From positions 62,689 through 126,688 of IMG/VR virus record IMGVR_UViG_3300035498_000732: 64,000 nucleotides of DNA; one strand, 5' to 3'. Source of the DNA: a virus. Its lineage: Duplodnaviria; Caudoviricetes. The notes under the pieces were generated by a model. That model was given only the letters and a program-made list of their open reading frames with translations. It was not told where the DNA came from and did no database searches. Both the position numbers and the translations under genes were made by a program. Every line of letters starts with the position of its first letter. The first letter of the stretch is position 1. Shown here in pieces: positions 31,685 through 42,508 of the stretch.

Positions 31685-32308
31685 CTCTCTTTCCTCCCTA
31701 AAAAATATGAAAACAATAGTTGGTATATATACCATTCTATTACATGGTAATAGTATATAACTACTAAAAAATACTTTTACAAAAATTTATAACCCTGCTA
31801 TTTCTAGCAGGGCTATGTTTTTCTTCAGCACGCCCACGCTAGGAGCAAGCATGAAGGAACATAGAAAAGTTTTCACTTTCTTATAAAAAATATTCGTTAA
31901 TAAAAGTAATAAAAATATATCTACCATAGCTACCTAGCATAACTATGGCAGATATTTCAGGAGAAGTATAAATACCAAGATATCTATACGATGTACATTC
32001 TATGGAAAAATATACATTATCTATATGTATTTATAATAAAAAAAAAAAATAGCACAAGCCCTCCAGGAGACTTGTGCTTGGAACATAGTGTAGTGCTTAG
32101 AAAGGCACAGGCATCCTGGAATGCCCATAACAAGAGAGACTGCACCGGGTTTTGGGAGATCGATGCAGCCAATATTGAATTATGCAAAGATAGTTATTAT
32201 CTTTACATGGTTATAATATGCAATCACATAATTATGTTTTTACAAAAATAAAAATAAACCCTGCTAGGAATTAACCTAGCAGGGAATTATTCTTTCTAAG
32301 AAATCGAT

Positions 32309-34039
32309 TTACAGATCTTCCAATCCATTGTTCAACAGATGTACCTTACCCTGTACAGGCTGATACTCGAAGAACCTCCAGCGCTCGAATGCATGAATTG
32401 CAGGCAGTGCCGGGTTATTGATATTACGGATCTCATTAGATACATACATCTGATAATCATAGATACGATATACAATCCTCTGAGAGTTATGCGGGCAAAG
32501 GATAACAATAAGATCCTGACGTCCACGCATCTTATCAGAACCAATGAACTGATATGTTCTCTTGTCAGATGTAATGACACCCTTAGTATAGTCAAGCTCA
32601 ACCTGACCAATTGAATCAGGAGTCTTATATTCATATGTGGTCGGCCCAATACGACGGATAGTATCCGGATCACCGAATACAGTAACAGTCATGTTCGGAT
32701 CATTAAGAACCTGAAGCATCTTAGATACAAGACGATCGAGCTTATCCATAAATGTTTTATGTCTCCACTCGATGTGATCCAGAGCGTAGTCCTGACGCGG
32801 CTCGAAGTCATAAGTGATCTCAGCTTTGCTACGTGCAGGCATAGTATTCCATGACTTCTCAAGATTCTGCTTAATCTTATCATCCTTGTAGTTAGCAAGA
32901 GTGGTCTTGAATAAGCTCATATACTTTGTAAGCTGGTTTACATCATACAGTACAGCAATATCCTTAATCTCTTCCGGAGAGATAGTTGTATTAATCGGGA
33001 TGGATGTACCGATCTCGATTAACTGAGAAATTGCTTTCCAAGATGTAGAGCAGGTAGTACTCATAGCATTGGATGTATCAAGACGAGCCTGCAGTCTAAC
33101 AGTATTGATTGCACCATACATATCAGCGATCTCAATTACATTATGATCAAGAGATGCAGAGATGCAGCCCTTAAGCTCAGCAGTAGTGCCATCAGCATCA
33201 GTCTTATATGTGATAGAGATAGGCTGAATTACAGCACGCTCCTTACCACCAAAGTTCGGCTCCATACGGATAGCTGTACGATACCATACATCATATGTAC
33301 CAGCTGTATCAGCTGTAGCGATCTCACCCTCAAGATATCCATCGTCATTCGGAAGAACTTCACCTTCTGCAATGTAAACACCCTCAACCTTGACAGCGTT
33401 AATGTATGTCTCAACGATATCCAAAGAATCCTGCTGTCCACCACCAAGAGCTGCTACATAATCAGTAGCACCAATATTCGGCAATTTAACATCAAAATTC
33501 ACGATCGGAACTGTAGCATCAATAGCTGCGGTCATCTCATTCTGCTCCAGGAACATATCGATCTCACGACCATCCGGAGTAATAAGCAATCTGATTTCCA
33601 TAGTCTCTGTGAACTTCGGAGATACAGCTGTAGTCTTCTGAATAGCACCCTTATCAAATACCATATTCATAAGAATATTCTTGTGGATCGGTAATGTCAT
33701 TCCGATAGCCGGGTTATAATCAGCCGGAGCTGCATGCTCATTCATAGCCTCAACATCATTCTCAAACTGCTCGTTCATTGACTGCAAATGATCCTGCAGT
33801 GCAGACGGACTCTGCATCATCGGATCAGCAGGGTCATATGAATTTTCTACGAAAAAGTTTCTTAAGGCCTCCTTTGTACCTTCCATACGGTATGCTTTAC
33901 GAGGCTCATCATATACATCAATAGCACTTTCTGCCAAGATGTTTCTCTGACAATTAGCGAAAGCCTGAGCGTATCCATACATAGGATCCATCTCATAATT
34001 GCCACCAACTCGCTTCTGTCTTGTTCCAGCGATAGGCAT
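32309..34039 (-). CDS. Probable major capsid protein
   Basis: 576 aa; distinct high-expression codon usage; own late motif (34158-34171) and strong terminator (32259-32284); N-terminal xxE cleavage-like sites; clustered with the prohead protease. Confidence 0.7.
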   Translation of the reverse strand: MPIAGTRQKRVGGNYEMDPMYGYAQAFANCQRNILAESAIDVYDEPRKAYRMEGTKEALRNFFVENSYDPADPMMQSPSALQDHLQSMNEQFENDVEAMNEHAAPADYNPAIGMTLPIHKNILMNMVFDKGAIQKTTAVSPKFTETMEIRLLITPDGREIDMFLEQNEMTAAIDATVPIVNFDVKLPNIGATDYVAALGGGQQDSLDIVETYINAVKVEGVYIAEGEVLPNDDGYLEGEIATADTAGTYDVWYRTAIRMEPNFGGKERAVIQPISITYKTDADGTTAELKGCISASLDHNVIEIADMYGAINTVRLQARLDTSNAMSTTCSTSWKAISQLIEIGTSIPINTTISPEEIKDIAVLYDVNQLTKYMSLFKTTLANYKDDKIKQNLEKSWNTMPARSKAEITYDFEPRQDYALDHIEWRHKTFMDKLDRLVSKMLQVLNDPNMTVTVFGDPDTIRRIGPTTYEYKTPDSIGQVELDYTKGVITSDKRTYQFIGSDKMRGRQDLIVILCPHNSQRIVYRIYDYQMYVSNEIRNINNPALPAIHAFERWRFFEYQPVQGKVHLLNNGLEDL

Positions 34040-34275
34040 ATATATCTACCTCCTTAAATATTTTAAAAAATAATACATAAATATATTTACATATTATCGG
34101 CAGACCTTCTTTGAGAATCTCATTATCTCAATATGGTCATTAAGCCAAATAAATGTATTTAAATTATTGTTTGACCCAAACCTTTAAAAATGAGGTAGAT
34201 TATTAGCTTGTATCCTTTGTTTATAAGGCATTTAGGGAATAAAGACACCCCAGATAGTTCTGGGGTGTCATTTCA

Positions 34276-35502
34276 TTATAATACAGATCTAAATGCTTCT
34301 ATTACAGATTCTTCTAATTTATTTTCTTTTGAATCCCCTTCACATGTATCACTTAAAACAGATCTAATTCCATTTAATATAGTAAGATACTTCTGGAAGT
34401 TTACTACATTATCTATGTATGATCTATTATTGAAAGTATTAGTAAGATAGAACTCAATATACTTTTTAAGATCATTTGCCATAGATATTACTCTTCTAAG
34501 TATCTCTGATACTTCATTATACTTAGTAATAGTACCTGCTTTAGTAATAATGTCATCACATGCTGTATACATCTGCTGATAATTCTGTTTCAATTCCAAG
34601 TTCTTAATAGCTTTAGTAGCATCGTCATCATCAGTGAGATTTATATCTGAAGGATCTTGCTCACTGCTATCACCAGTAGCTCCATCGCCACTGCCATCGT
34701 CACTGTCACCACTATCGCCAGACCCAGCTTCTGAATTATCTCCATCGGTTTCTCCGTCATCGCTAGTATAATCAGGATTACCGCCATCACTATCCCCGCC
34801 ATTGCCAGTATCGCCGCCACCAGTATCATTACCAGCAGTATAGTCGGGATTGCTTTCGCTGTCAGCATCTGAATCACCTCCACCTGTATCATCATCTGAG
34901 GTATAATCTGGATTTTCATCATCCCCATTATCACTCATATCCAATGTGTCACTAGTATCGTCACCATTGTCACCATTGTCCATATCCCCATCGTCCACAC
35001 TTCCATCGCCGCTATCTTCTCCACCTTCCGCCTCTCCACCTTCATCGTCGGTAGCGCCACTGCTAGTGCTATCGCCGCTATCTCCAGTATCACCCCCATC
35101 GCCAGCATTATCGTCACCAGCATCTGTTTCATCAGTGTCACCCCCATCATCTGTAGTATAATCGGGATTATCATCGTCGTCCTGAAGGTTTAATGTTCCA
35201 CCATCATCGCCACCAGCATCACCAGTGTCACCGTCAGTACCACCACTATTATCTGTCTCGTCTTCTCCCGTGTCGTCATCGTCGACTGTATAATCCGGAT
35301 TATCTCCATCACCTCCATCGTCATTACCGCTATCACCAGTATCCCCAGCATCAGTGTTATCATTTGCATCTCCTCCATCATCAGCAGTATAATCTGGATT
35401 ATCATCATCGTCATCATCTACTCCAGGAATATTTAATTCATGAAGCAGCTGTGATAACCTTGCATCTCTTGCATCTTTATTATAGATATCTCCGTAAATC
35501 AA
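34276..35502 (-). CDS. Asp/Gly-rich low-complexity protein with six NPDYT repeats (scaffold/core candidate)
   Basis: About 270 aa D/G/S/T tract followed by a helical C-terminal domain; directly upstream of the capsid gene. Confidence 0.6.
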   Translation of the reverse strand: MIYGDIYNKDARDARLSQLLHELNIPGVDDDDDDNPDYTADDGGDANDNTDAGDTGDSGNDDGGDGDNPDYTVDDDDTGEDETDNSGGTDGDTGDAGGDDGGTLNLQDDDDNPDYTTDDGGDTDETDAGDDNAGDGGDTGDSGDSTSSGATDDEGGEAEGGEDSGDGSVDDGDMDNGDNGDDTSDTLDMSDNGDDENPDYTSDDDTGGGDSDADSESNPDYTAGNDTGGGDTGNGGDSDGGNPDYTSDDGETDGDNSEAGSGDSGDSDDGSGDGATGDSSEQDPSDINLTDDDDATKAIKNLELKQNYQQMYTACDDIITKAGTITKYNEVSEILRRVISMANDLKKYIEFYLTNTFNNRSYIDNVVNFQKYLTILNGIRSVLSDTCEGDSKENKLEESVIEAFRSVL

Positions 35503-38204
35503 TCGTCGTCCCCCCTATTGCTTTTTGTAATGTAATCCTTGCCCATCTTTCTAGACAGCTTATATCTAAGCTTAAAGTCTTCTTTTCTTAATTTCTTTTG
35601 ATATGTAAGAAGTTTTCTATATTTCTCCATATCATCATCTTGTTCAGCCTTTTGAATTTCTTTTTCTACCACTTTGAGTTCTACTTCTATCTCATCTAAT
35701 AGTAGCATGCGTTCTCTATTATTAAGATATCTAGAACCAGCAAGTGCACCTAATAAAGCAATACATGCAGTCGTAGGATCTGCAACTACAGCAATAGCTC
35801 CAGCACCCAAAGCAGTTTTAAGACACTTAGAGAATGAAGGTATAATAGATCCCTTAATGATTCCCTCTCTTCTATCAGATGTAAGAGCATTCTCTATACT
35901 ACGCATAAATCCATTAGCAGCAACATCAAGATCTCTAGATACTTCTTTCTCTTTAACTCCAAGATCTTTCACTTTAGACTTCATACCTTGTATAGCAACT
36001 TTAAGAGCAGAGAAATCTATACCCTTATCATCTTTCTTAGATTTACCCTGTGAATTACCTACTTTAACTTTTACTTTTATATTACCAACTTTACCAGTCT
36101 TTTCATTCTTCTTAATATCAGAATGAAAATCAATGAACTTCTCTTTCTTCTTATCATTAGGCTTATCCTTATTGAGAATTCCCTCATTAAGAATATCTCT
36201 CATAAGGCCACAAGCTTCTACTTGTACTTCAAATGGAATTTCTGATCCATCAAAGTTATATTGCAAATCATTAAGCAAAGTATTCTCTTCAATCTGATTT
36301 TGAGAATGATATTCCATTGAATCATGAGAGTATTTATCTACCAATTTATCCCATACATCATCTGCATTATTAATGCCAGAGAATTGTTGAAGCTCCATTA
36401 TAGCATGTGCTTCATTGAATCCTATATCTGATTCTAATAAATCAGTCATAATAGTCTCTGGAGAATAGCTTACATATTCTTCCAGTAGTCTACTTGTTAC
36501 AGCATATTCTTTAATAGTATCTATATCAGATTTATTGAAATATCCAATACATTCTTCTGCTTCATCAGATAAAAGAACAGGCTCTGGATCAGACATATGA
36601 ATTTCACAGAATGATTCACTAGTATTTGTATAGAATCTCATATTCTTATAATGATTCTGTAAATCCTCACATATTGCATTAGCAAATTCATATACTTCAT
36701 CCAAGCTACATTCTGTAATATCTAACGTAACCAGATTAGCATCAAATGCATATAGACCATTATATGTCTCAGTAAGATGAGATGTAATAAGCTTAAAAGT
36801 ATCCTTTAATGCTTTATCATTTATAGCAGGCTTCTTCTTAGCATTTCCATCTTTATCTACATCTTCATCTTTCTTAAATACTTTCTTTACTTTAGCTCTG
36901 ATTTTATCTACTCCTTTATTATATTGAGTCTGAATATAATCAGATGCTGTAGCAGCAAGATTAATAAGATTCTGAAACTTGAATACTTTAAATTCATCAA
37001 ATGCTGTAGGAGGATTACAAGCAGCTTCTGTCTCAACTTTATTTTGTTTAAGTATTTCCTCAGAAGTATATAAAGTATCTCTATACATCTCAATCTTATC
37101 TATAGCAGCATCTAATGAATCAGAATATTTCTGTAATTTCTCTCTAGATTCATCATCTGCTTTCTCTATAGATTTCTCCACTTGCTTCTTTTCATCCTTG
37201 AAGTTTCTCATAACTCTGTCACATTGCTTACGACTAATCTTCATCTGAATGAACTTATCTGCTAATATAACAGCAATTCCTACAAATACATTTACTCCAA
37301 GAGTACTAATAGCAGCTAATTGCCTAATCCAACCTAATACATTAGGAGTACCATCAACTATCTGCTCTGCACTATTAGAATATATACGATTAATAGCAGT
37401 CTTAAATGCTCCATCATTGAATTTTTCATCTACTTTACATTGATCAATTACACCTTTTACATCATCAGAAAGCATTTCAGTAAAGAGATATCTTACATCT
37501 TTTGTATCTTCTTCATCAATAAATTGGCATCGCTCTAATACAGTTCTAGCTTGCTTTCCAGATATTGCATTGCTAATTAAGAAGTATTCCATTACTCCTT
37601 GCACTACATTTTCTCTATTATGAGACATACCACCTTTAGCAAATGCATATAAGGTTTCTTCCAATGCAATAGCAGCCTTATCTTTTCCAGATATAGAATA
37701 GGTATCTATCCATTCACACATCTGATTTACACATTCTATCTCATCATTATAGAATTGATGATCTGCTACATATGCATTTACATTGAATCTCTTAGATATC
37801 TTATTATGATTATTAATAAGAGTATCAATAGCTACATCATCAGATACAGATTCTTTACAAATCTCTCTAATAGAATCATCTTCAATTCTATCTATTTCAG
37901 ATAAAGCAACATGAGTATTTTCAATCACAGGAGCAATGGTATTCTTAAATTGAACAGTCATAGCTCTGAGTGCTCTCTCATCTTTATTCTCATTGAAATA
38001 GTCCACTAATTTGGGTAAACTTTGTTCCACATTTTCTGTACTTCTGCACAATGAGAAGAATTGCTCAATAAGAGCAAATTTCTTTTCATCTGAATTTGCA
38101 GTATTTATCGCAGCCTCTACCATGGCTGCCATTTCAGTATTGGCACTACGTACACGTTGTTGCCTAAGTTGAATCTGCTGTAACCTGATAGGATTATCTC
38201 TCAT
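35499..38204 (-). CDS. Large helical internal-head protein (901 aa)
   Basis: Start moved to MRDNP (RBS ggaggg, promoter motif at 38226-38240); two hydrophobic-hairpin plus coiled-coil units. Confidence 0.6.
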   Translation of the reverse strand: MRDNPIRLQQIQLRQQRVRSANTEMAAMVEAAINTANSDEKKFALIEQFFSLCRSTENVEQSLPKLVDYFNENKDERALRAMTVQFKNTIAPVIENTHVALSEIDRIEDDSIREICKESVSDDVAIDTLINNHNKISKRFNVNAYVADHQFYNDEIECVNQMCEWIDTYSISGKDKAAIALEETLYAFAKGGMSHNRENVVQGVMEYFLISNAISGKQARTVLERCQFIDEEDTKDVRYLFTEMLSDDVKGVIDQCKVDEKFNDGAFKTAINRIYSNSAEQIVDGTPNVLGWIRQLAAISTLGVNVFVGIAVILADKFIQMKISRKQCDRVMRNFKDEKKQVEKSIEKADDESREKLQKYSDSLDAAIDKIEMYRDTLYTSEEILKQNKVETEAACNPPTAFDEFKVFKFQNLINLAATASDYIQTQYNKGVDKIRAKVKKVFKKDEDVDKDGNAKKKPAINDKALKDTFKLITSHLTETYNGLYAFDANLVTLDITECSLDEVYEFANAICEDLQNHYKNMRFYTNTSESFCEIHMSDPEPVLLSDEAEECIGYFNKSDIDTIKEYAVTSRLLEEYVSYSPETIMTDLLESDIGFNEAHAIMELQQFSGINNADDVWDKLVDKYSHDSMEYHSQNQIEENTLLNDLQYNFDGSEIPFEVQVEACGLMRDILNEGILNKDKPNDKKKEKFIDFHSDIKKNEKTGKVGNIKVKVKVGNSQGKSKKDDKGIDFSALKVAIQGMKSKVKDLGVKEKEVSRDLDVAANGFMRSIENALTSDRREGIIKGSIIPSFSKCLKTALGAGAIAVVADPTTACIALLGALAGSRYLNNRERMLLLDEIEVELKVVEKEIQKAEQDDDMEKYRKLLTYQKKLRKEDFKLRYKLSRKMGKDYITKSNRGDDD

Positions 38205-38225
38205 GGCTCTATCCCTCCATATTGT

Positions 38226-38287
38226 ATTAATTATATTGTTCAGCCTTTTAATAATGCTCAAATATAGCAGCTGAACAATATTATAAT
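38226..38287. promoter_or_regulatory. Divergent late promoters forming an inverted repeat (gctgaacaatat)
   Basis: aaca-atataat-taat on - and aaca-atatta-taat on +, driving head genes in both directions. Confidence 0.65.
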
Positions 38288-38316
38288 TGTAAATTATACG
38301 TAAGGAGGCAATAGAG

Positions 38317-39255
38317 ATGAGAGACATACTTGAATATTCCAAGTATACTAATAATATTGGCTATATTATTAATGAGGCTGCCCCGGAAGAGCCAACTAAA
38401 ACAGAATTAGTTAATGAAATCCAATGTGGAAGTCGTAAAAGAATAGTTGGAAAAGGAATACTTCAATCAGGAAATGAGAAGAATAGAAATGGACGTTACT
38501 ATGATACTGAGAAGGAATTATCTCCACAGGTAGTATGCCCACGTACATTAGAGCTTATTAAGCATGGTAGATTATTGGGTGAGAATGGACATCCATTATC
38601 TAAAGATCTTGCTCGTCAGCAGCAGATTATTGAGAGCTTATGCTCTGTACGATATCTTAAAGTCTGGATGGAAGGTAATGATGTATGGGCTTGGTATGTA
38701 GGCCATAATAATGCATTAGGAGATACATTTGATGATAATCTTCGTAGCGGCATTGATCCATCATTCTCTCTTAGAGCATTAGGATCTGTCAATAATACCA
38801 GTAAAGGTGCAGAGGTTGTTAATCTTAAGATCATTACTTGGGATGATGTAATTTATCCTTCTCATCCAGGAGCATATGGACAGGGATTAGTAGATGGTAC
38901 TGAGTTGACTAAAGCAGATAAAGAACTTAAAGCTCGTATGAATATTGAATCTGCTTTTACAGAAGCTTGTTCTATGGTAGATGATAGCCTTGTTGGAACA
39001 GATATCTCTAGAGATAAGATGAATGAGTCTGGTATGATTACTCCTATTACAAATAGAAATGTAATAGATTATATCCAGAGTGAGTCATTCAATTTCCATA
39101 TATTCAAAGAGAGTTTTGATCTTATCTACGATGACATTATGCTTAATGAATCTGGTAATCAGGTAAGACTTACAGATAAGAGTGGAAATATTTTATTTGT
39201 TAATTTGGAGAATTATGTCCATAATGGACTCATGAATTATTTCTATAATAAGTAA
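38317..39255 (+). CDS. Prohead core protease (T4 gp21-like)
   Basis: KNRNGRYY, GENGHP, FSLRALGS and WDDVIYPSHPGAY motifs. Confidence 0.9.
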   Translation: MRDILEYSKYTNNIGYIINEAAPEEPTKTELVNEIQCGSRKRIVGKGILQSGNEKNRNGRYYDTEKELSPQVVCPRTLELIKHGRLLGENGHPLSKDLARQQQIIESLCSVRYLKVWMEGNDVWAWYVGHNNALGDTFDDNLRSGIDPSFSLRALGSVNNTSKGAEVVNLKIITWDDVIYPSHPGAYGQGLVDGTELTKADKELKARMNIESAFTEACSMVDDSLVGTDISRDKMNESGMITPITNRNVIDYIQSESFNFHIFKESFDLIYDDIMLNESGNQVRLTDKSGNILFVNLENYVHNGLMNYFYNK

Positions 39256-39270
39256 AAAGGAGAATTGCCT

Positions 39271-39726
39271 ATGTCAAAATTGGCATTTAAACAACCAAAA
39301 GGTGGATCATATAGATTTTCCCATTTCTCTGGTGGTGGAGTAAGTGGAATGGGTGGAAGAAGTGAAGGTAATGATCCAGATGATTCTACATGGCATAAAG
39401 TAAATGAAGAATCAATCACAGAAGGTACTATTGGATGCATTAATGATATTAATTCCCAGATTACTGAGCTTACCAAAATGATGGAGAAACAGAAAGTCAA
39501 AATCAAAAAATTAATAGCAGAAGATCAAGGTAGACTATCTTCTACATCATGCTCAGGACATGTATCATGCAGTGTACCAGGAAGATTATCATCATATGCA
39601 TCTAAAGAAGTTACCGTATTACAAGGTGAGCTTGATTTATTAGATGCTAATATTACATTTCTTGGGTATCTCAAAACTTATTTGGGAATTATGAAAGCAA
39701 ATAATATGTACTATAGAGTTGAATAG
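39271..39726 (+). CDS. Hypothetical protein
   Basis: RBS aaggag; same operon as the protease. Confidence 0.65.
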   Translation: MSKLAFKQPKGGSYRFSHFSGGGVSGMGGRSEGNDPDDSTWHKVNEESITEGTIGCINDINSQITELTKMMEKQKVKIKKLIAEDQGRLSSTSCSGHVSCSVPGRLSSYASKEVTVLQGELDLLDANITFLGYLKTYLGIMKANNMYYRVE

Positions 39727-39738
39727 GAGGTGCTGAGA

Positions 39739-40518
39739 ATGGCTCATGCAAATAATATGACCAATCTCATTAATAAAATAGAGAGGCGTCTTGGATTGAT
39801 GCCTCTTACTCCTCATCTTCCAGAAAAATATGGTAAAGATGCATGGGCTGAAGTAATTAAAGATCAAACTTTAACTACATTCTCAAGATATTTTCCATGG
39901 AAAGTTCCATTTGTTGTAACACCAGATGTACCACAAAGAGATGGATGGTATATTATAGATGAGGAAAAATACTTTGGACAAACTGGAGTATTATTAGGAA
40001 TACAAGATATTGACTGGAGTGATTTCTCTAGCGATAATTTATCAGTTGCTCAGATTTCTGGTTATGGAAATTATATTGATTTCTATGGCGCTAATATATC
40101 ATTTGATGATTTATTATGTCATCAGATGAGAGCAGATGCAATGAGTCTTATTAATTATGGTATCTATATTAAATATAGAGAGCCTAACATGTTCAGACTT
40201 GAGGGACTCACAAATCAGATGATAGTTCAGATGAATAGATTTACTGTTACTGTACTACTTAAGCATCCCGATAGTTTACAGACTATATCACCTACCAAAA
40301 TGGAAACTTTTGAAGAATTAGCAAAAGCTGATGTAGCTGAATTCTTATCTAGTAATTTAAGATTCTGGGATCAAATGGATACCGTATTTGCTACAGTAGA
40401 TATGAAGCTTGGTGATATTGATCAAGCGGCACAAAAAAGAGATCAGATAATAGAGAGACTAGAGTCATCATATGTAACAGCAGCAAATGATTCTATACCA
40501 TTTCTAATTACAGTATAA
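39739..40518 (+). CDS. Putative head/neck structural protein
   Basis: RBS aggaggtg; INKIERRLG N-terminus reminiscent of neck adaptors; terminator at 40529-40553. Confidence 0.4.
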   Translation: MAHANNMTNLINKIERRLGLMPLTPHLPEKYGKDAWAEVIKDQTLTTFSRYFPWKVPFVVTPDVPQRDGWYIIDEEKYFGQTGVLLGIQDIDWSDFSSDNLSVAQISGYGNYIDFYGANISFDDLLCHQMRADAMSLINYGIYIKYREPNMFRLEGLTNQMIVQMNRFTVTVLLKHPDSLQTISPTKMETFEELAKADVAEFLSSNLRFWDQMDTVFATVDMKLGDIDQAAQKRDQIIERLESSYVTAANDSIPFLITV

Positions 40519-40566
40519 AAAAAAAATAAGGCTCGGAATCATCCGAGCCTTTTCTATATTCAGTTT

Positions 40567-40689
40567 TTAGAATTTGCTGTCGATCTTCTTATGAAGATCG
40601 ATCGCATAGTAGTACATTGCAACAGCATAGATGACTGTTGAGAATACTGTTGACATTGTTGCTATCATTTTTCTTGTGCTCTTTTTCAT
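40567..40689 (-). CDS. Small membrane peptide (40 aa, not in ORF track)
   Basis: RBS aaggag; MKKSTRKMIATMSTVFSTVIYAVAMYYYAIDLHKKIDSKF; N-terminus resembles that of 40715..41203. Confidence 0.6.
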   Translation of the reverse strand: MKKSTRKMIATMSTVFSTVIYAVAMYYYAIDLHKKIDSKF

Positions 40690-40714
40690 GGTTTTTCTCC
40701 TTTGTATGTCCTGC

Positions 40715-41203
40715 TTACCAGTCAATCTCATCTATAACGGTGATCTTGACTTTTGATGATTTACCGCTACTAATTGAAGTAGCGGTAATCGTTGCTTTCC
40801 CTTTCTTCAGAGCAGTAACCTTTCCGCTCGAAGTTACCTTCAAGACCTTTGGGTTGCTACTCTTCCACTTGACGCCCTTAAATTCCTTGCAATCAAGGTC
40901 GGGCGTCATGTTTTTCCAATTTGGGGTTATTTTTCCGGAGGCCCCAACCTCCACGACATCATCACATGACTGTGTGATGTCAGGTACAAGCTTCAATGCT
41001 TGAGTACAGAGATCTCTAATATAGATATTCTCTGTACCTGCAGCTGTACCCCACTTATTAAGGGCCGCAATTGCTTCCTTGCGGTCCTTGATAAGTTCCT
41101 TCTTTGTGACATAAGTTGTTTTTGCCGACACCATCGGTGCCATACAAACAACTACCAATGCCAAGATCAACATTGTTGCAATTGTTTTTGTACTTTTCTT
41201 CAT
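40715..41203 (-). CDS. Secreted protein with Ig-like (Big_2) domain
   Basis: Signal peptide ending VSA; VKWKSSNPKVLKVTSSGKVTALKKGKATITAT is a classic Big_2 motif. Confidence 0.85.
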   Translation of the reverse strand: MKKSTKTIATMLILALVVVCMAPMVSAKTTYVTKKELIKDRKEAIAALNKWGTAAGTENIYIRDLCTQALKLVPDITQSCDDVVEVGASGKITPNWKNMTPDLDCKEFKGVKWKSSNPKVLKVTSSGKVTALKKGKATITATSISSGKSSKVKITVIDEIDW

Positions 41204-41236
41204 TATAAGTATCTCCCTTCCTGATCTACATATACA

Positions 41237-41806
41237 TCATTGTGCTGTTTCTCTGAACTTGTCTGTCATGCAGATGTCATTAATTTTAACATGAATGACA
41301 TCATCCCGCTGCTCTGGCTTCACCTTAGCCCTATTCATTTTGCTAAGGCGTTTATCCAGCTGACGAGCAACCTCAGCAGCAACACGATGCTGGAATTGCT
41401 CCTCCTCCTGGGTTTTCCTTATTGCCTCCATGCGGCTTTCGTATCTAGAAAGATACTCATCTCGCATTTCTGCAATGGTGTCGACGATAAGATTCCACTC
41501 GTCTCTATTGTAGACTACAGACTGCAGGCCATTGTTGTTGATGTAGCATACCTGCATGTAAACCTTACCGTGTATAACCTTCTTGTGGAAGGTAAACCGG
41601 AACTTACCACATGTTCCAAAACCGTTGGTAGTTCCGTTAATAATCATCTCAATACCGCGCCCTGTAATGGGCTCGCCATCGATATGAATGTACTTGCTGT
41701 CTGCGCAAGTACGGTCTTTGAGCTCTCGCTCGATTTGGCCCAACAGGATCTTAGAAACCTGCTGTTTCCTACCAACTACTACTACAGCATTTGCATTTTT
41801 CTTCAT
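41237..41806 (-). CDS. Hypothetical early protein (paralog of 42041..42508)
   Basis: Shares F.F.K...V.Y....GL..V.Y...EW with its neighbour. Confidence 0.65.
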   Translation of the reverse strand: MKKNANAVVVVGRKQQVSKILLGQIERELKDRTCADSKYIHIDGEPITGRGIEMIINGTTNGFGTCGKFRFTFHKKVIHGKVYMQVCYINNNGLQSVVYNRDEWNLIVDTIAEMRDEYLSRYESRMEAIRKTQEEEQFQHRVAAEVARQLDKRLSKMNRAKVKPEQRDDVIHVKINDICMTDKFRETAQ

Positions 41807-42040
41807 AATGTCCTCCATTTCTCCAAGGGTGTTATTCGTTTAAGATCATTATGATCCCCCTGGTAAGCAAAACTTAGATAAGCATATTACTTATCCTGTA
41901 TTACCATGATATTATATAATTGAAAAATTGAACTTTTACATTTTTATATTCAATAAACATATAAAAAAGAAGACAAGCATATGCCTGTCTCTTTTTCCTT
42001 AGTCCTACAGTTCCACCTTCGATGGATCAGAACCTATCAG

Positions 42041-42508
42041 CTATCCTACCTTTGGCGGAGCAAAGCCTATCGGCTGTTTGATGGTAGTTCTAAGGATCAG
42101 AGGATCGTACTCCGTGCCATTATTCACTGACTCGGTGTACTTCTTCACTTCAGCGTCCAATCTTATTCTGTTGGCATCGCTGAGTGTCCTCACGTATTCC
42201 CGGATGGCATCCCATTCGGGTTGACTGTATGTCACCGTCACCAATCCAGTATCGGCGACATATGTAACATCTGTCTCCCCATTTTCGGTCTTTCTGAAGC
42301 TGAAATAATACTCGCCTTCGGCTACTAAAGCCTCGGCTTTGTCTTCTATCAGCTGTTGAACGGGGAGGCTTATGAAGATAGCACCATCATTTGGTTTGAA
42401 ATTGGTGGTACTATAATCCGAGGCCATATCGAGGGATTTCTTAACCTTGTCGATTAAGATTCTTGATATGGTCTCCTTAATTTTAATTAATTCAGTATTA
42501 TTATTCAT
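42041..42508 (-). CDS. Hypothetical early protein
   Basis: RBS aaggag; TATATTAT at 42584. Confidence 0.65.
   Translation of the reverse strand: MNNNTELIKIKETISRILIDKVKKSLDMASDYSTTNFKPNDGAIFISLPVQQLIEDKAEALVAEGEYYFSFRKTENGETDVTYVADTGLVTVTYSQPEWDAIREYVRTLSDANRIRLDAEVKKYTESVNNGTEYDPLILRTTIKQPIGFAPPKVG

Noticed and set aside
31991-32251. 86-aa ORF
   Set aside because: No adjacent RBS; crosses an A-tract and several hairpins
34641-35591. Overlapping short ORFs, including a His-rich one
   Set aside because: Shadow frames of the Asp/Gly low-complexity gene
38205-38342. N-terminal 46 aa of the 947-aa ORF
   Set aside because: Overlaps divergent promoters and the protease start; RBS supports ATG at 38204
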